Below are positions 29,679 through 38,692 of a stretch of DNA of 63,733 nucleotides, one piece after another. The notes under the pieces are model-generated. The model did not search any database, was not told the origin of the DNA, and was given only the letters and a program-made list of their open reading frames with translations. Numbering within the stretch: position 1 is the first letter of the stretch; each line of letters begins with the position of its first letter. The DNA lies in contig JAKAJU010000172.1 in assembly GCA_021813655.1 (NCBI GenBank), positions 1 through 63,733 on the forward strand. Reading direction: 5' to 3'. The translations under genes and the position numbers were made by a program. This DNA is from Chloroflexota bacterium (GTDB lineage Bacteria; Chloroflexota; Limnocylindria; Limnocylindrales; CSP1-4).

Positions 29679-29696
29679 CCGCTCCGGCCGCCCTCC

Positions 29697-30908
29697 TCAG
29701 ATCCCGGACGCCTGGTCGGCGGGCATCGCCGTCTCGGCGGGCATCGCCGCCGGCACTCCGCGATGCGCCGTCCGCCGCGAGGCCCTCTCGATGACCTGGT
29801 AGAGGATCGTCGAGGCGGCGATCGTGACGGCGACCGACGCGATGATCGCGGCGAAGACGTCGTCGGTGATCTGCCTGTTCGCCACGAGCGCGGCTGCGAG
29901 GACGAACGCGAACTCGCCCATCTGCCCGAGCGCGACGGTCACCTTCAGAGCGCGGCCAGGGAGCTTCGTCGCGCGCGCGACGCCGTAGATGAAGAGGCAC
30001 TTCACGACCACGACGGAGCCCACGAACAGGACGAGGAACGGCAGGGCGGCGCCGATGCGCCCGGGGTCGAAGAAGAAGCCGATCGAGACGAAGAAGAAGA
30101 CCGCGAAGACCGAGCGGAACGGGACGAGCCGGCGGTGGAGCTCCGCCGTCTCCGCGCTCTCGCGGATCGCGAGGCCGGCGAGGAAGGCGGCGAGCGCGAC
30201 CGGGACGGCGAAGACCATCGCCCCGAGCCCGGCCAGGGTGATCGCCGTCCCGAACGAGATCAGGAGGAAAGCCTCATCGTGGTCGATGAAGGCGCGGAGG
30301 AAGGCGGGCAGGACCCGGGCGAAGACGACGACGGCGATCGCGTAGACGAGGAGGCCGGCGATGGCCAGGGGGAACGGCAGGTCGGCGATCCCGTCGATCG
30401 AGAAGAGGACGGCCGCGAGGACGACGGTGACGATGTCCTGGACCCCGCTCCACCCGATCGCCGTCGACAGGGCGCGGTCGGAGCCGACCTCGCCGCCAGC
30501 AAGGCTGGCGATGACCGCGCTCGACGACGTTGCCACGGCGAGCCCCACGATCGCCGAGACGACGGGCGACAGGCCGATGACCGCCCAGGCGAGAGCGCCG
30601 CTGACGGCGGTCGTGAGGAGGACCTGCACCGGGGAGGCCCACATGACGGCCCCTGCGTGCGCCCGGACCCTCCGCAGGTCGAGCTCGAGACCGACCTCGA
30701 ACAGGAGGAGGACGACGCCCACGTCGGCGATGACCTCGATCTCCGTCGAGTCGGCCACGAATCCCGGCGTGAACGGGTTCACCGCGACCCCGACGAAGAG
30801 GTAGCCGACGACGTCCGGCAGGCCGATCCGGCGGGCGACCCACCCCGCGAGCGCGGCGAGGAGGAGGACGAACCCGATGTCGAAGATCAGGCGCGACGTC
30901 TCGACCAC
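29697..30908 (-). CDS. cation:proton antiporter (CPA2/Kef-type)
   Basis: About 11-12 TM segments. The N-terminus is LLLAALAGWVARRIGLPDVVGYLFVGVAV. Confidence 0.85.
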   Translation of the reverse strand: MVETSRLIFDIGFVLLLAALAGWVARRIGLPDVVGYLFVGVAVNPFTPGFVADSTEIEVIADVGVVLLLFEVGLELDLRRVRAHAGAVMWASPVQVLLTTAVSGALAWAVIGLSPVVSAIVGLAVATSSSAVIASLAGGEVGSDRALSTAIGWSGVQDIVTVVLAAVLFSIDGIADLPFPLAIAGLLVYAIAVVVFARVLPAFLRAFIDHDEAFLLISFGTAITLAGLGAMVFAVPVALAAFLAGLAIRESAETAELHRRLVPFRSVFAVFFFVSIGFFFDPGRIGAALPFLVLFVGSVVVVKCLFIYGVARATKLPGRALKVTVALGQMGEFAFVLAAALVANRQITDDVFAAIIASVAVTIAASTILYQVIERASRRTAHRGVPAAMPAETAMPADQASGI

Positions 30909-30995
30909 ACGCGCAGCCTACGCCGCGCGGTCGGCGCGGCGGGGCCTCACGTGCGACGTATCCTGCGCAGGCATGCTCCGAACCGTGGTGCATCC

Positions 30996-32609
30996 GTGGG
31001 CGACCTGATCCACGAGGGACGCCGCAAGCCGCTCGTCACCGGCCGATCCCTGTTCGACTACGCGGACGACCTCGCCGTCGTGGTTCCCGCATCGTGCCGG
31101 CGGACCGGGCGCTGCCACGAGTGCGTGGTGGAGGTGCGAACCGGCCTCGAGCGGCTCTCGCCGCGGACCGATCCCGAGGGCTTCCTGCACGACCCGTACC
31201 GCCTCGCGTGCCAGGCTGCGATCGTCGATCCCGGCGGAGACATCGAGATCGCCGTCCTGCGGCGACGGCTGCGGATCGTCACGCGCGCCTCGGGCGAGGT
31301 CCCCCACCCCGATCCGATCGTCACGCGCAACGGCGACGACGTCCTGTACGCGGACGGGCGGATCGACGCCTGGCGCGGCGCGATCCGAGGTCTCGCGATC
31401 GACGTCGGCACGACGACGATCGCGTGGGAGCTGCTCGACCTGGAGAGCGGCGAGGTGCTGCACGTCGGGGCGATCGAGAACCCGCAGCGCTTCGGCGGGA
31501 GCGACGTCATCAGCCGGATCGCATACGACGAGGGCGCACATCGCGGGGAGCTCCGGCAGGCCGTCCGGAAGGCGCTCAACCACGAGCTCCGGGAGACGTA
31601 CGCGGCGCTCGGCATCGATCGGCGCACGGTCTACGAGGCCGTGGTCGTGGGCAACGCGACGATGCGCGACCTCTTCTTCGGCCTCGACGTGAGCCCGATC
31701 GGGGTCCGGCCCTTCCGGTCGGTCGTCGAGCTCGAGTTCCGTGCGGGACGGCGGCCGACGACCGAGGTCGTCGCGCTCGCGCACGAGCTGGGCATCCTTG
31801 CGCATCCGTCGGCCCGGATCGTCGGCGGTCCGCTCATCGGCAGCCATGTGGGTGCGGACGTCGCCGCCGACCTCGTCGCGACGGCGTTCGCGGACGGCCC
31901 CGACCCGTCGATGCTCATCGACGTGGGCACGAACACCGAGGTCGTCCTGCGGGTCGGCGACCGGTATCTCGCCGCCTCGTGCCCAGCGGGTCCCGCGTTC
32001 GAGGGTGGGAGCGTCCGCCACGGGATGGCGGCGGCCGTCGGGGCCATCGAATCGGTCGGGAGCGAGGACGGGCGGCTGACGTTCCGCACGATCGGAGACG
32101 TCGCCCCGGTTGGCATCTGCGGCAGCGGCCTCGTCGACCTGATCGCGGAGCTCCGACGAGCCGATCGCATGACGCCGGAGGGGCGATTCGCCGGGGGCGC
32201 GGCCGAGGTCGCGCTCGCGCCGGACGAGAGGATCACCTTCAGCCGGCAGGACGCGAGCGCGCTCGCCCAGGCGAAGGCGGCGAACCACTGCGGGACCGGG
32301 ATCCTCCTCCGCCTCGCCGGGCTCGTCCCCGCCGACCTCGGGCGTCTCTACCTGGCGGGTGCATTCGCGAGCTACATCGACGTCGCGAACGCGATCGACA
32401 TCGGGTTCATCCCGCCCGTGCCCGCCGAGCGCGTGGAGAAGGTGGGCAACGCCTCACTGCGCGGAGCGCGCATCATGCTCCTCTCGGGGAGTCGCCGGGG
32501 AGCCATCGGGGCGCTCGTCCGGCGGATCGAGCACGTGGAGTTGGAGACCCACCCGGACTTCTTCGACCTCTTCGTCGAGGGATGCCGGTTCGTCCCGATC
32601 GAGATCTGA
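30996..32609 (+). CDS. ASKHA/DUF4445 protein with N-terminal [2Fe-2S] ferredoxin domain (RACo-type reductive activator of corrinoid proteins)
   Basis: SCRRTGRCHECVV...LACQA gives C-x5-C-x2-C...C. IDVGTTTIAWELLD, IDVGTNTEVVL and ICGSGLVDL are sugar-kinase/actin-fold phosphate motifs. An alternative GTG start lies at 30951. Confidence 0.8.
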   Translation: MGDLIHEGRRKPLVTGRSLFDYADDLAVVVPASCRRTGRCHECVVEVRTGLERLSPRTDPEGFLHDPYRLACQAAIVDPGGDIEIAVLRRRLRIVTRASGEVPHPDPIVTRNGDDVLYADGRIDAWRGAIRGLAIDVGTTTIAWELLDLESGEVLHVGAIENPQRFGGSDVISRIAYDEGAHRGELRQAVRKALNHELRETYAALGIDRRTVYEAVVVGNATMRDLFFGLDVSPIGVRPFRSVVELEFRAGRRPTTEVVALAHELGILAHPSARIVGGPLIGSHVGADVAADLVATAFADGPDPSMLIDVGTNTEVVLRVGDRYLAASCPAGPAFEGGSVRHGMAAAVGAIESVGSEDGRLTFRTIGDVAPVGICGSGLVDLIAELRRADRMTPEGRFAGGAAEVALAPDERITFSRQDASALAQAKAANHCGTGILLRLAGLVPADLGRLYLAGAFASYIDVANAIDIGFIPPVPAERVEKVGNASLRGARIMLLSGSRRGAIGALVRRIEHVELETHPDFFDLFVEGCRFVPIEI

Positions 32610-32619
32610 CGAGGCACCC

Positions 32620-34362
32620 ATGTCGCCCAGGACCACACGCACGTCCGGCCCGACGGCCGGCATCGCACCCGCCGCCTCCGTGGCCGTGGGTGAGCGTCCT
32701 GGTCCCACCCCCACCCCGCTCCGCGAGAAGCTCGCCGACCCGGACGGCTTCGTGACGATCGTGGAGCTCGTCCCCTGGCGCGGCGTCCTCGACGATCCCG
32801 GCGGGAAGCGGGCGCGCGCGATGGCGGACGCCCTCGCGACGGATCCGCGGATCGATGCGCTCTCCGTGACGGACAACGCCGGCGGCCACCCGATGGCCAG
32901 CCCGGAGATCCTCGGGCGGGAGCTGCTCGCGGCCGGGAGCGAGGTCATCGTCCACGTGGCGTGCCGGGACCGGAACCGCAACGAGATCGCGAGCCTCGGC
33001 TGGCGCCTCGCGAGCGCCGGGTTCCACAACGTCCTGTGCCTCTCGGGCGACTACCCGGTGGAGGGGTACGGAGGGCTCGCCCGACCCGTCTTCGACCTCG
33101 ACTCCGTCGCGCTCCTCGCGATGTACGCGGACCTCACCGCCGGGCGCTGGCCGGGCGTCGGCGAGAAGGGCGGCGGCCACGCGGTCCCCGGCGAGGAGCC
33201 GGCGCGTCCCGGCTTCTTCCTCGGCGCCGTGGTGAACAACCACAAGCGGCTCGAGTCGGAGGTGATGACCCAGTATCAGAAGCTCGCCCTCAAGGCACGG
33301 GCCGGAGCCGGGTTCGTCATCAGCCAGGTCGGCTACGACGCGCGGAAGCAGGACGAGCTCGTCAAATGGATGCGGGCGGCAGGGATCGACCTGCCCGTGC
33401 TCGCCAACGCGTACCTGCTCACCCGCGGCGCCGCCCGTGCGTTCCATTCGGGCAGGATCCCGGGCTGCACCGTGACGGACGAGCTCCTCGCGATCGTGGA
33501 GCGCGAGGGCGTGGTCGAGGACAAGGGGAAGGGGTTCTTCATCGAGCTCGCCGCGAAGCAGGCGGCGATCGCGAAGGGCCTCGGCTACAGCGGCATCTAC
33601 ATCGGCGGCGTGACGAGCCACCAGGACGTCATCCGCATCCTCGACCTGCAGGCGTCGTTCGGCCCGGCCGACTGGCGGCGGTTCGCCCGCGAGATCCAGT
33701 ACGCGCAGCCGCGGGAGTTCCACTACTTCGAGCGGGACCCCGAGAGCGGCCTCTCGTCCACGGTCGTCTCGAAGGCGTACCGCCGGTCGAGGAAGCGCGC
33801 GGAGCGGCCGCCGCACATCCTCCGATCGGATCCCGTGTACGCGTTCAACAGGGCGGTCCATACCGCCGTCTTCGCGCCGGGATCGCCCGGCTTCGAGCGC
33901 GCGGCGCGCGGCCACGCGCTGGCCGAGCGCCTTCACCTCAGCAGGCCGCTCCACGTCCTCGAGCAGGCGGTCAAGGTCCCGCTCTATGACTGCCGCGACT
34001 GCGGCAGCTGCTCGCTCCCGGACATCGCCTACCTCTGCCCGGAGAGCCAGTGCGCGAAGAACCAGCGCAACGGGCCCTGCGGCGGCTCGCACGACGGCGA
34101 GTGCGAGGTCCCCGGCAAGCGCTGCATCTGGGTGCGCGCGTACGATCGGCTCAGGCCGTGGGGTGAAGCGGACACGATGCTCGAGCGGCCGCCCGTCCTG
34201 ACGGACAACGCGCTGCGGCGGACGAGCGCGTGGGCGAACGCCTTCACAGGGCGCGACCACATCGGGAGACGGATCGCCGAGGCGAAGAGCCAGGTGGGCG
34301 AGGTGGGGGGCGAGGTGGGGGGCCCGGACGGCGGGCACGCGACGGAGGGACGACCGGCATGA
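32620..34362 (+). CDS. methylenetetrahydrofolate reductase fused to MTHFR_C (MetV-like) Cys-rich domain
   Basis: TIM-barrel MTHFR pattern (FVTIVELVPWRG, VTDNAGG, VISQVGYD). The C-terminus is DCRDCGSCSLPDIAYLCPESQCAKNQRNGPCGGSHDGECEVPGKRCIW. Confidence 0.8.
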   Translation: MSPRTTRTSGPTAGIAPAASVAVGERPGPTPTPLREKLADPDGFVTIVELVPWRGVLDDPGGKRARAMADALATDPRIDALSVTDNAGGHPMASPEILGRELLAAGSEVIVHVACRDRNRNEIASLGWRLASAGFHNVLCLSGDYPVEGYGGLARPVFDLDSVALLAMYADLTAGRWPGVGEKGGGHAVPGEEPARPGFFLGAVVNNHKRLESEVMTQYQKLALKARAGAGFVISQVGYDARKQDELVKWMRAAGIDLPVLANAYLLTRGAARAFHSGRIPGCTVTDELLAIVEREGVVEDKGKGFFIELAAKQAAIAKGLGYSGIYIGGVTSHQDVIRILDLQASFGPADWRRFAREIQYAQPREFHYFERDPESGLSSTVVSKAYRRSRKRAERPPHILRSDPVYAFNRAVHTAVFAPGSPGFERAARGHALAERLHLSRPLHVLEQAVKVPLYDCRDCGSCSLPDIAYLCPESQCAKNQRNGPCGGSHDGECEVPGKRCIWVRAYDRLRPWGEADTMLERPPVLTDNALRRTSAWANAFTGRDHIGRRIAEAKSQVGEVGGEVGGPDGGHATEGRPA

Positions 34363-35414
34363 TCCTGGCGGACGGACGCAGCTTCACCATCATCGGGGAG
34401 AACATCCACGCGACGCGCGTCGTGCAGCGGTCGGGCAGGCGCGTGGCGACCGCCCCGGATGGTCGGGAGTCCCTCGTCTTCGGTGGACCCGACGGCAGCG
34501 AGCGCTTCCTCGCGATCCCGGAGTCGATCCGCGAGACGCAGGACTTCGCGAACGGGAAGGTGAAGCACGTCCAGGCCGCGATCCGGGCGGCGATGTCCGG
34601 CGGGCCCGACGCCGGCGCCGGCGCCGGCTACATCGCATGGATGGTGGAGCGGCAGGTGGCTGCGCGTGCCGATTTCCTCGACCTCAACGTGGACGAGCTC
34701 TCCACCCGCGAGGAGGAGCAGCAGACAGCGATGGCGTGGATCGTCCGCACCATCGGCGAGCTCACGCACACGCCGCTCTCGCTCGATTCGTCGAGCGTGG
34801 CCACCCTGCGCGCCGGGATCGGGGCGCTCGTGCCGGGCGCTCCTCCGCCGCTCCTCAACTCGGCCGCCCTGGATCGTCTCGACGTGCTCGACGTCGCCGC
34901 GGGGGCGGGGTGCTCGGTCGTGCTGTCGGCGGCCGGGGGCGCTGACCTCCCATCGGACGCGGACCAGCGCGTCGCGAACGCGATGCGGATGGTCGACGCA
35001 GCATCCGCGCGGGGGATCCCGCTCGAGCGGATACACATCGACTCCATCGTCCTTCCCGTCGCGGTCTCGATGGACGGGAAGTCGGGCGCGCACTTCCTCG
35101 ATGCGGTCACGCGCCTGCGGGCCGAGCTCGGCCCCGAGGTGCGGCTGACCGGCGGCCTGTCGAACGTCTCCTTCGGCATGCCCGAGCGCAGGCTCGTGAA
35201 CGACGTCTTCCTCGACCTCGCGCTCGCCGCGGGCGTGGACAGCGCGATCATCGACCCGATCGCGAACGATCCCGACCGCGTCCTCGCGATGGATCGCTCG
35301 AGCCGCGGCTACCGGCTCGCCGCGGATGCGCTCACCGGCGAGGACCCGTTCTGCATGGCATACCTCACCGCCTACCGGGCGGGCGAGCTGGGCGCGTCGC
35401 CCGCCGGGGCCTGA
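34359..35414 (+). CDS. pterin-binding methyltransferase (methyl-THF:corrinoid methyltransferase, MeTr/MtgA-like)
   Basis: FTIIGENIHATR, DFLDLNVDE and GLSNVSFGMPER are pterin-binding (DHPS-like) motifs. The ATG overlaps the upstream stop (ATGA). Confidence 0.8.
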   Translation: MILADGRSFTIIGENIHATRVVQRSGRRVATAPDGRESLVFGGPDGSERFLAIPESIRETQDFANGKVKHVQAAIRAAMSGGPDAGAGAGYIAWMVERQVAARADFLDLNVDELSTREEEQQTAMAWIVRTIGELTHTPLSLDSSSVATLRAGIGALVPGAPPPLLNSAALDRLDVLDVAAGAGCSVVLSAAGGADLPSDADQRVANAMRMVDAASARGIPLERIHIDSIVLPVAVSMDGKSGAHFLDAVTRLRAELGPEVRLTGGLSNVSFGMPERRLVNDVFLDLALAAGVDSAIIDPIANDPDRVLAMDRSSRGYRLAADALTGEDPFCMAYLTAYRAGELGASPAGA

Positions 35415-35444
35415 TCCGGGCCCCCCACGGAAGGAGCGAGACCG

Positions 35445-36077
35445 ATGGCGGACCTGCAGGCCCTCACCGACGCGATCGAGCGCGGGGATCGTGCCGCGGC
35501 GACCGAGATCACGCGCACGGCGATCGCCGACCGGATGGACCCCGAGACGATCCTCGCCGCGATGACGGCGGCGATGGACAACGTGGGCGGCAAGTTCCAA
35601 CGCAACGAGATCTACGTCCCCGAGATGCTCATCAGCGCCCGGGCGATGAAGGAGTCGGTGGCGATCCTGGAGCCGCTCCTCGTGGACAGCGGCATCAAGC
35701 CGCAGTTCACGGCCGTCATCGGCACGGTCAGGGGCGACCTTCACGACATCGGGAAGAACCTCGTCGCGATGATGTGGAAGGGCGCGAACATCGAGGTCAT
35801 CGACCTCGGGGCGAACGTCGCCCCCGAGGAGTTCGTCGCGAAGGCGCGCGAGCACGGCGCGAGGCTCGTGGGGGTGAGCGCGCTGCTCACCACGACGATG
35901 GTCGGCATGAAGGAGGTCGTCGACGGGATCCGCGCCGCCGGACTGGCCGACTGCAGGATCGTGGTGGGCGGAGCGCCGGTGACGGCCGAGTTCGCCGCCC
36001 AGATCGGCGCGGACGGCTACGCGCCGGACGCGGCGAGCGCGGTCGAGATGGCGAGGCACGTCGGCGGCGTCGCCTGA
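35445..36077 (+). CDS. B12-binding corrinoid protein
   Basis: N-terminal helical cap, then GTVRGDLHDIGKN (DxHxxG) and a Rossmann B12-binding domain (SALLTTT, GGA). AAGGAG lies upstream of the ATG. Confidence 0.85.
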   Translation: MADLQALTDAIERGDRAAATEITRTAIADRMDPETILAAMTAAMDNVGGKFQRNEIYVPEMLISARAMKESVAILEPLLVDSGIKPQFTAVIGTVRGDLHDIGKNLVAMMWKGANIEVIDLGANVAPEEFVAKAREHGARLVGVSALLTTTMVGMKEVVDGIRAAGLADCRIVVGGAPVTAEFAAQIGADGYAPDAASAVEMARHVGGVA

Positions 36078-36123
36078 CGAGGAGTGCAAGCCTCCGCACG
36101 CGCGGACGTCCCGCCGACTGTCC

Positions 36124-36774
36124 TTACTTCGGGATGACGGTGACGTCGGTCGCCGTCCCGATCGTGAAGTTCGGCGGGGCCCCGTTCGCACCCGGTGCGC
36201 CGCTCGCCTGCGGGAGCTGCCCGGACGCGCCGCCCTGCGCCCCGCCGCTCTGGGTCGTGCCGCCGTTCTGGCCGGCGATCGTCGTGCTCCGCTGGGTCCG
36301 CACGGTCACCTCGGCGCCGACGGTGACGTCGGCGGTGATCGCAGTGACGGTCCCGGTGAGGCCGCTGAGGCCGCCGAACGCGCGTGCGCTCTCGGCGCCG
36401 GGGGCGAACGAGCCGTTCAGGCCACCGTTGCCGCCGAGCACGCCGGTCCCGCCGTTCGCACCGAAGCCGCGGACGGATGCCGCCGACGCGGCAGGGGCGG
36501 TGACGCGCCCGACGGCGAACGCGACGCCGCCGATCGCGACGACGAGCCCCACCGCGAGGACGATCGTGCCGGCGCTCGCGCGGCCGCCGGCTCTCTGCTT
36601 CGCCGACGCGGCGCGGTGCGACACGACCGCCGGCTGGACGGTGGCGGAGACCGGCTGCGGGGCCGGCGCCACCGGGTCGGGGTCGCCGGCCGGGACCCCG
36701 GCGCCGGTGCTGGTCGGGACCGAGCCGGTCCCTGGATCGAAGGTCACGAGCGTTTCCCTTTCTCCTGGGCTCAT
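36124..36774 (-). CDS. Gly/Ala/Thr-rich single-pass membrane protein, last gene of the MacAB-type operon
   Basis: ATG 36774 overlaps the permease stop (ATGA). One TM segment is present (GTIVLAVGLVVAIGGVAFAV). There is no recognisable domain. Confidence 0.55.
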   Translation of the reverse strand: MSPGERETLVTFDPGTGSVPTSTGAGVPAGDPDPVAPAPQPVSATVQPAVVSHRAASAKQRAGGRASAGTIVLAVGLVVAIGGVAFAVGRVTAPAASAASVRGFGANGGTGVLGGNGGLNGSFAPGAESARAFGGLSGLTGTVTAITADVTVGAEVTVRTQRSTTIAGQNGGTTQSGGAQGGASGQLPQASGAPGANGAPPNFTIGTATDVTVIPK

Positions 36775-37979
36775 TCGTACCGGAGGGCGACGATCGGGTC
36801 GAGTCGCGCCGCCTGGCGTGCGGGGAGGACGCCGAAGACGACGCCCACCGCGAGGCTGAAGACGACGGCGGCGAGGATGGTCAGCGGGCTGAACGCGACC
36901 GACCAGCCCGCGACCGATGAGATGAGGACGGAGACGAGGAGGCCGACGACGATCCCGATCGCCCCGCCGATGAGCGAGATCACGAGGGCCTCGATGAGGA
37001 ACTGGGCGAGGATGTCGCGCCCGCGCGCGCCGATGGCCTTGCGGATGCCGATCTCGCGGGTCCGTTCGCGGACCGACACGAGCATGATGTTCATGATCCC
37101 GATCCCGCCGACGAGGAGCGAGATCGACGCGATCCCACCGAGCAGGAGCGCGAGCGTCGCGCCGACCGACGAGAAGGTCGAGAGCAGCTGCGCCTGGTCG
37201 GCGATCGTGAAGTCCTGGTTCGTGGACGTGACGCCGTGGCGCTGCTCGAGCGTCGCGGCGATGCTCGCCTTCGCGAGCTCGATCCCCGATGCGTCCGCGA
37301 CGCTCACGCCGATCGAGCGGACCTTGTCGCCGCTGCTGAAGTAGTCGCGATGCGTGGTGATCGGGATGATCGCCTGGTCGTCCTGGCTGAAGGGCCCGCT
37401 CGTCCCCTTCGTCGCGAGGACGCCGACGACCTGGAACGGGATCCCGTTGATCGTGATCGTCCGGCCCGGCGCGTTCGTCGAGATCCCGAGGTCGCTCGCC
37501 GTGGTCGCCCCGAGGACGACGACGCGGAGCGCGTGGTCGACGCTCGCCTGGTTGAAGAAGCTCCCGTCCGCGATGTCGTACGCCCGAACGAGCGGGTAGG
37601 CGGAGGTGGTCCCGAGGATTGTCGTCGTCGTGTTGCCGTCGCCCGCGACGAGGAACGCCTGGGTCGAGACCTCCGGCTCGACAGCGGCGACCCCCTGGAC
37701 CTTGGCGATGGCGGCGGCGTCCTCCTGCGTCAGGGTGGTGGCCGAGCCTGCGGCGCTCCGGGTGAAGCCCGATGTCGTGCTCCCCGGGCTCACCGTGAGG
37801 AGGTTGGTGCCGAGGCCCTGGAGCCGCGCCGTGATCCCGCTCGTCGCACCCTGGCCGACACCGACGAGGGCGACGACCGACGCCACGCCGATGATCACGC
37901 CGAGCATCGTGAGGAACGTCCGGAGCCGGCTCGTCCGCAGCCGCGACATCGCGAGCCGGATCATCTCGAGCGCGCTCAC
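36771..37979 (-). CDS. ABC transporter permease, MacB/FtsX family
   Basis: LRTFLTMLGVIIGVASVV at the N-terminus, a large periplasmic loop and a C-terminal FtsX 3-TM bundle. Confidence 0.9.
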   Translation of the reverse strand: MSALEMIRLAMSRLRTSRLRTFLTMLGVIIGVASVVALVGVGQGATSGITARLQGLGTNLLTVSPGSTTSGFTRSAAGSATTLTQEDAAAIAKVQGVAAVEPEVSTQAFLVAGDGNTTTTILGTTSAYPLVRAYDIADGSFFNQASVDHALRVVVLGATTASDLGISTNAPGRTITINGIPFQVVGVLATKGTSGPFSQDDQAIIPITTHRDYFSSGDKVRSIGVSVADASGIELAKASIAATLEQRHGVTSTNQDFTIADQAQLLSTFSSVGATLALLLGGIASISLLVGGIGIMNIMLVSVRERTREIGIRKAIGARGRDILAQFLIEALVISLIGGAIGIVVGLLVSVLISSVAGWSVAFSPLTILAAVVFSLAVGVVFGVLPARQAARLDPIVALRYE

Positions 37980-38692
37980 TCCACGATCCTCCCGTCGCGG
38001 ACGTGGACCTGGCGGCCCGCGTGGGCGGCCACGTCGGCCTCATGGGTGATGAGGACGATCGTCCGGCCCTCCGCGTTGAGCTCGTGGAGGATCGCTATGA
38101 CCTCCTCGCCCGACGCGGTGTCGAGGTTCCCGGTCGGCTCGTCCGCGAGGATCAGCGACGGCTCGGTGACGAGCGCCCGCGCAATCGCCACGCGCTGCTG
38201 CTGGCCGCCAGAGAGCTCCGAGGGCTCGTGGTCGAGGCGATCGCCGAGGCCGAGGCGCTCGAGCGGCGCCCGGGCGCGCTCCAGGCGCTGCTTCCGCGCC
38301 ACGCCCTGGTGGAGCAGCGGCGTGGCGACGTTCTCGAGCGCCGAGGTCCGGGGGAGGAGGTTGCAGTTCTGGAAGACGAAGCCGATCGTCCGGCTGCGGA
38401 GGCGGGCGAGGCCGTCGTCGTCGCAGTCGGCGATGTCCTGGCCCGCGATCCGGTACGTCCCATCCGTGGGCCGGTCGAGGCAGCCGATGATGTTCATGAG
38501 GGTGGTCTTGCCGGACCCGGAGTGACCGACGATCGCGACGAACTCGCCCTGCCGCACGTCGAGGTCCACCCCGCGCAGCGCGGGGACCTCGACGCGGCCC
38601 GTGTCGTAGACGCGCGTCACGCCGCGGATCTCGATGAGGGGCGGGGACGCCGTCCCCTCACCGACGGTCGCGGGCCGCGGGATCGCGGTCAC
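37976..38692 (-). CDS. ABC transporter ATP-binding protein (MacB/LolD-type)
   Basis: GHSGSGKTT (Walker A), LSGGQQQRVAIARAL (signature), LILADEPTGNLD (Walker B). Four-nt overlaps on both sides. Confidence 0.95.
   Translation of the reverse strand: MTAIPRPATVGEGTASPPLIEIRGVTRVYDTGRVEVPALRGVDLDVRQGEFVAIVGHSGSGKTTLMNIIGCLDRPTDGTYRIAGQDIADCDDDGLARLRSRTIGFVFQNCNLLPRTSALENVATPLLHQGVARKQRLERARAPLERLGLGDRLDHEPSELSGGQQQRVAIARALVTEPSLILADEPTGNLDTASGEEVIAILHELNAEGRTIVLITHEADVAAHAGRQVHVRDGRIVE

Noticed and set aside
30909-30995. Cobalamin riboswitch upstream of the corrinoid cluster.
   Set aside because: The intergenic region is under 90 nt. I could not see the conserved B12-box, and the space is far too short for a cobalamin aptamer.
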